Shown here: positions 8,689 to 17,323 of the stretch, piece after piece
Numbering within the stretch: the first letter of the stretch is position 1
How the letters are laid out: each line of letters starts with the position of its first letter
Assembly: GCA_000025185.1 (NCBI GenBank)
Contig: CP001848.1
Span: 1,110,001-1,142,000, forward strand
Length of the DNA: 32,000 nucleotides
Reading direction: 5' to 3'
DNA from: Pirellula staleyi DSM 6068
GTDB taxonomy: Bacteria; Planctomycetota; Planctomycetia; Pirellulales; Pirellulaceae
Notes under the pieces: generated by a model
Databases searched by the model: none
Told to the model about the DNA's origin: nothing
The model's input: the letters and a program-made list of their open reading frames with translations, nothing else
Program-made: the position numbers and the translations under genes

Positions 8689-8776
8689 TCACCGGGTGGC
8701 CCTGCTGGCTTGCGTAGGGCAGGCTCCCGCCTGCCGACAATCACCGGGTGGCTACTAGCTGGCTCGTCCAGCAGTG
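8689..8776 (+). repeat. Compound intergenic repeat: repeat-A core hairpin nested between two repeat-B-like half units
   Basis: tcaccgggtggccctgctggcttg (8689-8712), then cgtagggcaggctcccgcctgccga (A core), then tcaccgggtggctactagctggctcgtccagcagtg. CCCTGCTGG at 8700-8708 can pair with CCAGCAGTG at 8768-8776, which is the B-type stem with one mismatch. Confidence 0.6.
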
Positions 8777-8793
8777 TCCCTCGCATCACGACC

Positions 8794-8845
8794 TCGACTT
8801 ACAGTCAGAACCTTTCTTTCTGTAAGTCGATTTTGATGCGTTTTT
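8794..8845 (+). terminator. Candidate intrinsic terminator downstream of 6019-8682
   Basis: Perfect 10-bp inverted repeat, TCGACTTACA at 8794-8803 and TGTAAGTCGA at 8821-8830. It is followed by TTTTGATGCGTTTTT. The 17-nt loop is long and the stem is only moderately GC-rich, hence moderate confidence. Confidence 0.4.
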
Positions 8846-9053
8846 CGAGTGGTTTTTGATCCGTTTTTGCAAAATGCCCCTCGCCGACCATTTCTCGGCC
8901 AGGGTAAAATACAGACGGCAACCATAGCCCCGGATGGCTTTCTACTCAGGAAGTCAGCCGGGGTTTTTTGCTACCCCACCTCCCACCGATGCGAGCCTTC
9001 CCACCTGCCTTTGGGCTCGCCCCCTACTGAACGTTTGCATGAGAGTTCCTGTG

Positions 9054-10850
9054 ATGAAAAGCACCTCCTTTTCGCTCTACACGCTGGCTGTGGCAGCTGC
9101 TATTGCCCTGTCGTCATCGCTGGCAACAGCTCCTCGCGCCATCGCCCAAGAGCCCAGCCCCGTCGCGCCGTTTCTCAAGCTTTTGGCGAGTGGTCGCGTG
9201 CCAGCGGAACGTCAGCCTCTGATCCTCGAGAACATCTGCAAACGTGGAACGGCTGACGATCTCGCCGTGGTTCTCGAACGCATCCTTACCGACGAAACAA
9301 CCACCGACGACTTGAAGCAAAGCGTCCTCGGCTGGCTCACCGATGCCGCCACCACGCGTAAAGTGAAACCTAGCGGCGATCTAGCAGGCATCGCAAAACT
9401 CATCACCGCCAGCAAAAGCGCTAAGCTGCAACTGGCGGCTGTGAAACTCGCTGGCGAGTGGCAAGTCGCTGGCATTGGCGACGCGCTCGCGCAATTGGCT
9501 CAAAGCGAAACCGCTTCGCCCCAGTTGCAAGAGGCCGCGATGCAAGGGCTCGCCGCCATGGGAGATGACTCCAGCAAACAGTTGCTCGAGAAGCTCGCTG
9601 CATCTTCCCAATCGATTCGCGTTCGAACACTCGCCGCTGCAGCGCTTGTGAAGTCGAACCTCGATGTGGCTGCCAAACTGGGGGCTGCTACGCTCGCCGC
9701 CAGCAGCGTCGCCGACGATCCAGCGCCAATGATTGAAGCGATCCTGAATCGCCAAGGTGGTTCCGATAAATTGGCCGAAGCGCTCGCTGGCGAAAAGCTG
9801 CAAGCCGATGTGGCCAAGATGGCGCTCCGCTTCATGTATTCGATTGGTCGCAGCGATGAAGCTCTTTCGGCGATCCTTAGCAAAGCGGCAGGTGTCGCGC
9901 TCGATACCCCACCACCCACCGCCGAAGAAGTCGAGAAGCTCGTCGCCGAAGTGAACGAAAAAGGTGACGCAGCGCGTGGCGAAAAGGTCTTTCGTCGCGC
10001 CGATGTCAGCTGCATGAAGTGCCACGCCATCAACCGCGCTGGTGGTCAAATCGGCCCGGAACTTTCGGCCCTCGGTGGCATTTCGCCAGTCGACTACATC
10101 GTCAACTCGATCCTCAATCCCGACCTCGCTAAAAAAGAGCAGTACCTCACACGGATCGTCCTCACGGTCGATGGCGAAACCTTCACCGGCATCGTGGTCG
10201 ACGAAGACGACGTGAAGATGAACCTCAAAGATGCGTCGGGCAAAATCATCACGATCGCCATCGACGATATCGAAGCTCAAAAAGAGGGCAAGTCGCTTAT
10301 GCCGCAGGGACTAACCAAGTTCCTCACGCACGACGAACTGCTCGACCTTATCAAATACGTTTCGGTCCTCGGTAAGCCGGGCGAGTATGCCCTGCGCACT
10401 GTTCCTGCCATTCAAAAATGGAAGGTCCTCAAAGCACCTTCTGCAGAACTCGCCGGCGATGTTCCCAATGTGGAAATCGTCCGCGAGCATATCCTCGATC
10501 TCCCCGCTGAAGCGTGGCAAGCGATCTACGGCACCACCAGCGGCGCATTACCCCTCGACGAAGTGAAACCGATTGTCCAAGGCTCTCCCGTCGTGATCTT
10601 GCAGGGGGAAGTAAACGTCATCACTGGCGGCGAAGTCACACTGCAAACCACCTCGAGCGAACCTGCTCAAATCTGGATCGATGCCGAACCGTTCGAAGCC
10701 AGCGGACCGATCACCACGCTCCTGAGCCAAGGGATGCACAAGATCACCGTTCGCACCAAGATCGGCGATTCTCCCAGCCCGTCGCTGAAAGTCGAACTCG
10801 CCAAGCCCGAAGGGAGCGAAGCCCAGTTCGACGTCGTCGGAGGTAACTAA
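9054..10850 (+). CDS. Secreted HEAT-repeat protein with c-type cytochrome (CxxCH) domain
   Basis: Signal peptide MKSTSFSLYTLAVAAAIALSSSLATAPRAIA from the ATG at 9054. Ala/Leu-rich HEAT-like repeats. Heme motif within GEKVFRRADVSCMKCHAINRAGGQIGPELS, followed by a MPQGL-type distal Met region. Confidence 0.85.
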   Translation: MKSTSFSLYTLAVAAAIALSSSLATAPRAIAQEPSPVAPFLKLLASGRVPAERQPLILENICKRGTADDLAVVLERILTDETTTDDLKQSVLGWLTDAATTRKVKPSGDLAGIAKLITASKSAKLQLAAVKLAGEWQVAGIGDALAQLAQSETASPQLQEAAMQGLAAMGDDSSKQLLEKLAASSQSIRVRTLAAAALVKSNLDVAAKLGAATLAASSVADDPAPMIEAILNRQGGSDKLAEALAGEKLQADVAKMALRFMYSIGRSDEALSAILSKAAGVALDTPPPTAEEVEKLVAEVNEKGDAARGEKVFRRADVSCMKCHAINRAGGQIGPELSALGGISPVDYIVNSILNPDLAKKEQYLTRIVLTVDGETFTGIVVDEDDVKMNLKDASGKIITIAIDDIEAQKEGKSLMPQGLTKFLTHDELLDLIKYVSVLGKPGEYALRTVPAIQKWKVLKAPSAELAGDVPNVEIVREHILDLPAEAWQAIYGTTSGALPLDEVKPIVQGSPVVILQGEVNVITGGEVTLQTTSSEPAQIWIDAEPFEASGPITTLLSQGMHKITVRTKIGDSPSPSLKVELAKPEGSEAQFDVVGGN

Positions 10851-10910
10851 GCTCGCCGGAACATCCTGCATTGGCTTAACGGCCATCGATAGCGCAAGGG
10901 ATAAAAGTGG

Positions 10911-11840
10911 TTGGCTTGGCTCACATCAACCCTTACGATGGGGGTGTCATTCGTTGATGCCCCCTGTCTAAGGAGATTGCTGGTGCGGACTTCCTACCTC
11001 GCGCGAATCCTCACGTCGGGATCGATGGCCTGCTCGTTGTTGCTGTTGTCTGTTGCCGCACTTTCCGCGCAAGTCCCGGGCATCGAGCCCGCTCCACCCA
11101 CGGTGCGTGTTTTCGCGCATCTGGATGGTCAGCTCGGGCAAGTGATGATCAACGACGAACTGATCGGTGCGGGCGAAACGGCGTTTGTCAGACTCAGCGA
11201 ACACCTCGAAAAAGAGACCGCAGCTGGCCAAACGCTCGCCTATCGCGTGGCGTATATGTCATCGGTCCGAGACACCGATCTGCAAACGATCAAAAGCATC
11301 GTTGTCCACCGCCGCTACAACCCGCGCGAGAAACTCCCCGAGTTCCGCGAGGACCAAGTGCAATCGCTCAGCCTCTATGAGGCTCGGATGAAGCAGCCTT
11401 CGAAAGAGGGGCTCTTTATCGCGAAAGAACGTTTTGCTGATCGCGGCCCCTACATCCAAGATCGCTGGACCGGCCTCTTGTGGCAGAAAGATGGAATAGC
11501 GTCGGGAAAGAAGAACTTCCTCGAAGCGGGTGACTACGCTCAGGACCTCACCTTGGGCAAACTTCAGGATTGGCGTGTCCCGACCAAGGAAGAACTGGCG
11601 ACCATTTTTCCGGCCGATTACGCCCCGTTTCGCAACTCGATGTACACCCCACTCGCCTGCTGCAAAGGGGCGGAGTTCGTCTCGTTCTGGACTTCCGAGA
11701 TCGACGCGCGGAGTGCGGATACGGCTTATGTCTATCAGTGGTACAACCGTGGCGGCGCGAATAACTGCCTGGCCAGCCGCAACTACTGCTACGTTCGCTG
11801 CGTTCACAACCCGGTGGAAGAAGACCAGCTCGACGAGTAG
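10911..11840 (+). CDS. DUF1566 (Lcl C-terminal domain) protein, probably secreted
   Basis: C-terminal block DRWTGLLWQKDG...DWRVPTKEELATIF...FWTSE...YVRCVHNP matches the DUF1566 pattern. The start is uncertain: the GTG at 10983 or the ATG at 11025 would give a better signal peptide (ACSLLLLSVAALSAQ). Confidence 0.75.
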   Translation: MAWLTSTLTMGVSFVDAPCLRRLLVRTSYLARILTSGSMACSLLLLSVAALSAQVPGIEPAPPTVRVFAHLDGQLGQVMINDELIGAGETAFVRLSEHLEKETAAGQTLAYRVAYMSSVRDTDLQTIKSIVVHRRYNPREKLPEFREDQVQSLSLYEARMKQPSKEGLFIAKERFADRGPYIQDRWTGLLWQKDGIASGKKNFLEAGDYAQDLTLGKLQDWRVPTKEELATIFPADYAPFRNSMYTPLACCKGAEFVSFWTSEIDARSADTAYVYQWYNRGGANNCLASRNYCYVRCVHNPVEEDQLDE

Positions 11841-11959
11841 AGCTAGGTCAGACTCAATCGCTTGGCCTCACGTCGAAAAACAAAAAGTTCCTTCAACGTC
11901 GAGCCGAAAGCTACGCATGCTTTTGTCAGGTCCCTGAGAGGGGAGCTGACCCAATGCGA

Positions 11960-12057
11960 CGTCTAGCAATCAATGTCAGGCAAAACGGGGTGGCACTGCT
12001 GGCTTGTCCAGCAGTGTGAGTCGCAGCTAAGGATGACATTAACCGATAGACGAAGTA
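11960..12057 (+). repeat. Repeat B copy 2: 98-nt palindromic (MITE/REP-like) element
   Basis: Identical to 5537-5634. It lies between convergent genes, 120 nt after the stop at 11840 (+) and 62 nt after the stop at 12119 (-). Central hairpin at 11994-12016. Confidence 0.9.
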
Positions 12058-12118
12058 CTACAAGATTGTCTTCCAAAACTAGATCCTAGCCTCTAGGTCC
12101 TAGCCCCTCTCCTCGTCG

Positions 12119-12856
12119 CTACGCAAAATCTTGCACGAGGGGTTTGATGATGAGTTCGGGGATGTGAGCGCGGGGAGGAAGCTGCGCGATGGCGACGACC
12201 ATGTGCCCCAAATCTTCGGGCAGCAGCATCTTGGCGCGGCGTTCGGCCGAGACAGGCTGCGGGCGATTTGCCAAAATGGGTGTATCGACTTCTCCGGGGA
12301 AAATGTTGGTCACGCGAATGCCGTTGGCCGATTCTTCATTTGCCACACCGGTACCCAGTGCGTCGACCGCAAACTTGGAAGCATTATAAGCAATACCTCC
12401 CAGAGGCATTGCGCGTTTTCCGCTCGTCGAGGAGATGTTAATAATCAACCCCTCTTTGCGGTCACGCATACCAGGCAAAGCGTAATACAAACAGTTATAA
12501 ACACCCGTGGCGTTGGTTTGCATCACTTCGTCCCATTGATGCGGCTCCATATTGCCCATCGCGCGTGTTTTAATATTAATACCGGCTGCGTTCACTAAAA
12601 TATCAATTTTAGAAAGGGTCTTATAAGCCCATTCCAAGAGGGTTTTGACACTCTCGCGATTGGCCACGTCGCAAAGGTGCGTCAGGACCTTGGGTCCCTC
12701 GGTGATGCTGGCCGCTGCTGCTTCGAGCACTTCGGCGCGACGTCCGCTGATGGCCACCTGGACCCCAGCAGCAGCGAGCGCTCGGGCAATCCCGAGTCCG
12801 ATTCCGCTTCCACCTCCGGTGATGAGTGCGGTTTTGCCTGCCAGTGATGGTGACAT
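12119..12856 (-). CDS. Short-chain dehydrogenase/reductase (SDR)
   Basis: Cofactor motif KTALITGGGSGIGLGIA and catalytic YNASK (YxxxK). The ATG at 12856 (MSPSLAGK) is preferred over the ORF-track start at 12925. Confidence 0.9.
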   Translation of the reverse strand: MSPSLAGKTALITGGGSGIGLGIARALAAAGVQVAISGRRAEVLEAAAASITEGPKVLTHLCDVANRESVKTLLEWAYKTLSKIDILVNAAGINIKTRAMGNMEPHQWDEVMQTNATGVYNCLYYALPGMRDRKEGLIINISSTSGKRAMPLGGIAYNASKFAVDALGTGVANEESANGIRVTNIFPGEVDTPILANRPQPVSAERRAKMLLPEDLGHMVVAIAQLPPRAHIPELIIKPLVQDFA

Positions 12857-12940
12857 CGGTCTGATCCTTCCAAGCGGAGAGTATTTTGCGAGAAAGCGGG
12901 AATCGGGGAGTCGGCTCGAGCGCACGATAGCAGTGAAAGT

Positions 12941-12975
12941 GGGGGGCGAAATCGTTTTTCGATCAACCGCCCCCC
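12941..12975. other. GC-rich stem-loop in the divergent intergenic region
   Basis: GGGGGGCG at 12941-12948 pairs with CGCCCCCC at 12968-12975. An inner ATCG/CGAT pair flanks a TTTTT loop. It lies about 85 nt upstream of the SDR start and about 310 nt upstream of the RDD start. Function unknown. Confidence 0.35.
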
Positions 12976-13287
12976 AAACTCCGAATATCGCTTCGCAAGA
13001 GCCGAATAGTGGTGTGGGAACGGGTTTATCGCCTGACGAGCACGAGCTTGCAAGTGGCGACGAGTGGTCAGCAGCGGGAAGCTCGTGCCGGGAAGTTTCG
13101 ATCGACCGCTGGCCGTACAGTTGCGAGTGCGCACAACAGTACCGATAATGGGGGACACTGGAGCTTAGCCAGAGACACTCCCCTGCTCTGCCGCAACCTG
13201 CGGCCAGAGGTGTGTAGTTGCTTGGTTTCGTCCCCTTTCGGCTTTCGTTCGGTCTGCCTGATTCCCGTCGACGAGAGCGTGAGACCC

Positions 13288-14400
13288 ATGTCCGAGCGAC
13301 CCCAAAAACTCGACTCGATCATCCGTGTGGTGACCCCCGAGAACATCGCGTTTGAATATCGCGTGGCAGGTCCGTTTCGTCGTTTGCCAGCACTTCTGCT
13401 CGACTACACGCTGATCAGCTTTTTTATCGTCTCGATTTTCTTAGGCCTGCAGCTCACCATTGGCCTAATGAGCACCGGTCTGGCGGTCGGCTTGGGGCTC
13501 GTCTGCAAGTTCGTCCTGAGCTGGTTCTATGGTGGTCTCTTCGAAACGTTTATGAACGGTCAGACCCCGGGCAAATGGGTGTTTGGTTTGCGGGTGCTGA
13601 CGTTCGATGGCCGACCGATTAACGGTTTGCAGGCGGTGATGCGAAACGTGCTGCGACTGGCCGATACGTTTTGCGGCGTCGGGCTGGTGGCGATGGCGCT
13701 CAATAACCGCTATCAGCGCCTCGGCGATTTGGTTTGCGGCACGATCGTGGTGGTGGAAGAAAAGCCGTGGCTCACCGGGGTTGCGAAGCTCGAAGATCCG
13801 CGTGCGATTCAGCTGGCTGGCTATTTGCCCCCCAATTTTGTCGTGACGAAAACGCAGGCCAAAGCGCTGGCGAATTTTGTCGAGCGGCGCCGCTTCTTCT
13901 CGCCGCAGCGTCGACGCGAAGTGGCACGTCACTTGGCCGAGCCACTGCTGGTGAAATTCGGTTTGCCTGCCGACACGAGCTACGATCTGCTGCTCTGCGC
14001 GCTCTACTACCGGACGTTCATCGCCGACCGCACGGACGACGAACGACAGCTGGCCGAAGCGACCGCGAGTGCACGGATGCAAAATGCGTTTGGAGCGGCG
14101 GGGCTGGCCAGCGGCATTCCGAACCCCGCGATGGCGCAAGCGTTTGGCTACGGGGGACAGCCTGCGATGTCGCTCGCGCAGCAAGCAGCAACGCCGATGG
14201 CAGCAGCCGCGAGCAGCACGATTGCCGGGTATGTGCCGCAAGGGTATACGCCGCAGCAGCCTGCTTATCCGGGCTCTGGCTATCCGGGGCCCACTTATCC
14301 GGGTCAGAGTTTCGCGCCGCCGCAAAATGCTCCAGGATCGTTCGCGCCGATTGCTCCACCACCTCTCTCACCGCCGGTACCACCTCCGAAGCCTTCGTAA
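13288..14400 (+). CDS. RDD-family membrane protein with Tyr/Pro/Gln/Gly-rich C-terminal tail
   Basis: FRRLPALLLDYTLISFFI and following TM helices, a GQTPGKWVFGLRV block typical of RDD domains, and a DLVCGTIVV block. The ATG at 13288 (MSERPQKLD) is preferred over 13009. The last ~110 aa are low-complexity. Confidence 0.8.
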   Translation: MSERPQKLDSIIRVVTPENIAFEYRVAGPFRRLPALLLDYTLISFFIVSIFLGLQLTIGLMSTGLAVGLGLVCKFVLSWFYGGLFETFMNGQTPGKWVFGLRVLTFDGRPINGLQAVMRNVLRLADTFCGVGLVAMALNNRYQRLGDLVCGTIVVVEEKPWLTGVAKLEDPRAIQLAGYLPPNFVVTKTQAKALANFVERRRFFSPQRRREVARHLAEPLLVKFGLPADTSYDLLLCALYYRTFIADRTDDERQLAEATASARMQNAFGAAGLASGIPNPAMAQAFGYGGQPAMSLAQQAATPMAAAASSTIAGYVPQGYTPQQPAYPGSGYPGPTYPGQSFAPPQNAPGSFAPIAPPPLSPPVPPPKPS

Positions 14401-14463
14401 TTCAGCTCGCCTCGCTCGTTCCTCGCGCTCGATAATTGCCCCTCGCATGACAAGTGTTCGCCG

Positions 14464-15459
14464 ATGAAAGTACTCGAACTTCTCGAACGACGACGGCAGA
14501 ACTGGCAAGAGCTCGAGCGCCTGTGCGATCGCTTGCAAGAGTCGCAAGGGTCGCTGCATCTGTCGCCGGTCGAGCTGTCGCGGTTTGGAACTTTGTATCG
14601 CGCTGCGTGCGCCGATTTGGCGCTGGCCGATTCGTATCAACTGCCGCAAAACACGGTGCAGTATCTGCATCGCCTGGTCGGACGCTCGCACAATCAGCTC
14701 TATCGTTCGCGCCGCTTTCAAGTGAAGCAGTGGCTCGAAATTCTACTGACCGACGTTCCGCAGCGGATCTTCAACGATCGGTGCGTGCAGCTGATGTTTG
14801 TGCTCTTCTGGGGGATGTTCATTCTGTCCGGTTTTTTGGCCTATTCGAAAACAGCATGGCCCGACTTTGCCACGCAAGTGCTGGGTGCCGAGCAGATCGA
14901 AGCGCTCGAGGCCATGTATGCCAATCCGATCGACGGCTCGCAGCGCAGCGGTGATGAAAATGCAGGGATGGCTGGCTTCTATGCCGACCACAATACCGGC
15001 ATCGGCTTGCAATGCTTTGCCTGGGGACTGCTCGTGGTGCCGGGGATGGCAGTGACGATGTTCAACGCCATCTCGCTCGGCGCGGCGTTTGGCTACATGG
15101 CCCGCCCCGACGTCGAGGAAGGAAAGCACTTCTTCGAATTCGTGACAGCACATGGTCCGTTCGAGCTCACCGCGATCATTTTGTCGGCCGGGGCGGGGCT
15201 CAGGCTCGGGCTTTCGTGGATGATGACCGGTGGCATTTCGCGCATCGATAACTTGCGCAAGACAGGGACCGAAACGTTGCCCCTGATGGGTGCCGCCGGG
15301 ATCATGTTTTTTATGGCTGCACTGATCGAAGGGTTCCTCTCACCCTCAGCGGCGCCTTATTGGCTGAAGGCGACTGTCGCGATTCTCTCCAGCGGGCTGT
15401 TGTCGTTCTATTTCCTGGTGCTGGGTTTCCCGCGGAGTCTTCTCGTTGCAACTCGATAA
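14464..15459 (+). CDS. Stage II sporulation protein M-like (SpoIIM/DUF95) integral membrane protein
   Basis: N-terminal soluble helix region MKVLELLERRRQNWQELERL...FGTLYRAACADLALA. Multiple TM helices. HGPFELTAIILSAGAGLRLG block characteristic of the family. Confidence 0.8.
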   Translation: MKVLELLERRRQNWQELERLCDRLQESQGSLHLSPVELSRFGTLYRAACADLALADSYQLPQNTVQYLHRLVGRSHNQLYRSRRFQVKQWLEILLTDVPQRIFNDRCVQLMFVLFWGMFILSGFLAYSKTAWPDFATQVLGAEQIEALEAMYANPIDGSQRSGDENAGMAGFYADHNTGIGLQCFAWGLLVVPGMAVTMFNAISLGAAFGYMARPDVEEGKHFFEFVTAHGPFELTAIILSAGAGLRLGLSWMMTGGISRIDNLRKTGTETLPLMGAAGIMFFMAALIEGFLSPSAAPYWLKATVAILSSGLLSFYFLVLGFPRSLLVATR

Positions 15460-16330
15460 CACGCGCATTGCCGTTCGGCAGCGCACCTTACTCGAAACGC
15501 TCGATCTCGCGCTGGTAGTGATCCGCGAGTTCTTCCATCCGTGGCTCTCCACCACGCTGATGATGGTGGTGCCACTCTGGATCATCAACTACCTGCTGAT
15601 TGGCTGGATGGCGAACGAGGACCTCGAAAATGGCGACTTTCCTTTCCGATTTACTTGGAACATGTTGCTGCTGATCTACCTCGAGGCCCCCCTGGCTTCG
15701 ATCTTTACGGTCGCCTTTTTTGGCCCCGCTGTCTTCATGCAAAATCCGAAGCTGAAACAAGTGGCGCGTGATCTGCTGAAGGTCTCGCCAGCGCTGTTGT
15801 TCTGTCATGGATTCTTGCGCGGCGTGCTGCCAGCGTGGGGACTCCTGCTGCTGGTGGATGAATATGAAGCTTCGCCCGTCGAGTTTTTCTTCCTCCCCAT
15901 GATCTGCCTTTGGTCGACCGGCATGCGCATCGCGCGCCCGTTCATTTCCGAGATCATATTGCTCGAGAAGAATCCGCTCCGCGCGAAACGTCCCGGACAA
16001 ATTTCGATCAACATGCGGAGTGCCGACTTGCATGGCCCCAGCTTTGGCGACTTGTTTGTGCAATGGATGGCGAGTGTGCTTGTCGGTGTTTTCCTCTACG
16101 CCCTGTTTGCTTTTTCACTTTCGATTTTGGCCCACTTTCTGCTGAGCGATTCCGACCTCAATTGGTGGAAGTTACAGTTCCTCTACCCGGGAGTCGGCTG
16201 GCTGGTGGTGGGCTATTTTTCGATCGTCCGTTTTTTGAACTACGTCGATTTACGAATCCGTCACGAAGGTTGGGAAGTAGACTTACTGATGCGGGCCGAA
16301 GCGATTCGACTCTCCGGCCGCATGCTGTAG
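15446..16330 (+). CDS. Polytopic membrane protein, uncharacterised
   Basis: 294-aa ORF with several hydrophobic helices and GC3-rich codons from the first codon. The TTG start overlaps the upstream stop by 14 nt. No ATG is available until about codon 39. No family recognised. Confidence 0.65.
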   Translation: MQLDNTRIAVRQRTLLETLDLALVVIREFFHPWLSTTLMMVVPLWIINYLLIGWMANEDLENGDFPFRFTWNMLLLIYLEAPLASIFTVAFFGPAVFMQNPKLKQVARDLLKVSPALLFCHGFLRGVLPAWGLLLLVDEYEASPVEFFFLPMICLWSTGMRIARPFISEIILLEKNPLRAKRPGQISINMRSADLHGPSFGDLFVQWMASVLVGVFLYALFAFSLSILAHFLLSDSDLNWWKLQFLYPGVGWLVVGYFSIVRFLNYVDLRIRHEGWEVDLLMRAEAIRLSGRML

Positions 16331-16414
16331 CGAGGCTCGCAGCGATGTCGACCTGAGCAGAACTGCAGCACGCACATCCCGTCACGCACTCCAAGGTTTT
16401 GTTTTTTGATCACC

Positions 16415-17323
16415 ATGCCCCAGCGCAACGCAAACACTCGACGACCAGCGAAGCTCGCCGCGTTTCTCTCGGCGCTGGCGCTAGCGTGTCTCGCTGCGAC
16501 GTCGGCCTGGGGCTGGCAATCACCCGCCGAGTTGCAGGGGCACGCGCCGCACATGGCTCTGGGACTGCAGCGTGCCGAGCAAGAGTACACCGCGGAAGAA
16601 GATCAGAAAGCGATTGAAGCGGCGCGCGATGCCCTTGCGAGCCAGGCAAACTTTCCGTTCTACGACGAGTCGAAAGACGCGATTCGAAAGATCAATATTC
16701 CGCCCCAAGAGCTCCCCCAAAAATCAAAAACAACCACCGGCGGCACGAACTCGGCGAAAGCTAGGCCGACCACCACTCGCGCTGGAACCACCACCGGCAG
16801 CGGACTGTCGGGTTTCAGCAGCGTGCTGCAAGTGCTGGGGCTGATCGTTTTAATCGCGGCCCTCGTGGCGATTGCCGTGCTGATTGCCCGCACCTTCCTG
16901 CGGGGTGAAGTGGCGGAGCAAAACAGTGCCGAGCTCGAACTTGGTCCGTCGCGCGATGTCGATCGAGTCGAGCAGTTACCGTTTCAGCTCAAGCGCCCCA
17001 GTGGCGACTTCCTCACCGAAGCACGCCTGGCGTATGAGCAAGGTGATTTCGCCCGCGCGATCATCTATTTCTACAGTCATCAACTGGTGCAACTCGACCG
17101 GCATCAATGGATTCGTTTGTCGAAGGGGAAAACGAATCGACAGTACCTCCGCGAACTTCGCAGCAAGCCCGAACTGCGAGATTTACTCGACGAAACGATT
17201 CTCTTGTTCGAGTCCGCTTTTTTTGGTCATCACGATATCACACGCTCTCAGTTCGAAGCGGTGTGGCGTCGCGCAGGTGAATTTCAGCAGCTTGTTCTTC
17301 AGCAGGAGGCACTCACCGCATGA
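16415..17323 (+). CDS. DUF4129 domain membrane protein
   Basis: Signal/anchor MPQRNANTRRPAKLAAFLSALALACLAATSAWG from the ATG at 16415. Central TM VLQVLGLIVLIAALVAIAVLIA. C-terminal FLTEARLAYEQGDFARAIIYFYSHQLVQL...TNRQYLRELR matches the DUF4129 pattern. Confidence 0.75.
   Translation: MPQRNANTRRPAKLAAFLSALALACLAATSAWGWQSPAELQGHAPHMALGLQRAEQEYTAEEDQKAIEAARDALASQANFPFYDESKDAIRKINIPPQELPQKSKTTTGGTNSAKARPTTTRAGTTTGSGLSGFSSVLQVLGLIVLIAALVAIAVLIARTFLRGEVAEQNSAELELGPSRDVDRVEQLPFQLKRPSGDFLTEARLAYEQGDFARAIIYFYSHQLVQLDRHQWIRLSKGKTNRQYLRELRSKPELRDLLDETILLFESAFFGHHDITRSQFEAVWRRAGEFQQLVLQQEALTA

Noticed and set aside
9381-10280. 299-aa minus-strand ORF inside the HEAT/cytochrome gene. Similar shadows occur at 13465-14325, 15488-16063, 17953-18591, 19293-20057, 20657-21466, 11259-11807 and 22911-23618.
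   Set aside because: All are antisense to genes with strong motif support and have the skewed Arg/Asp/Glu/Val-rich composition of GC-rich shadow frames.
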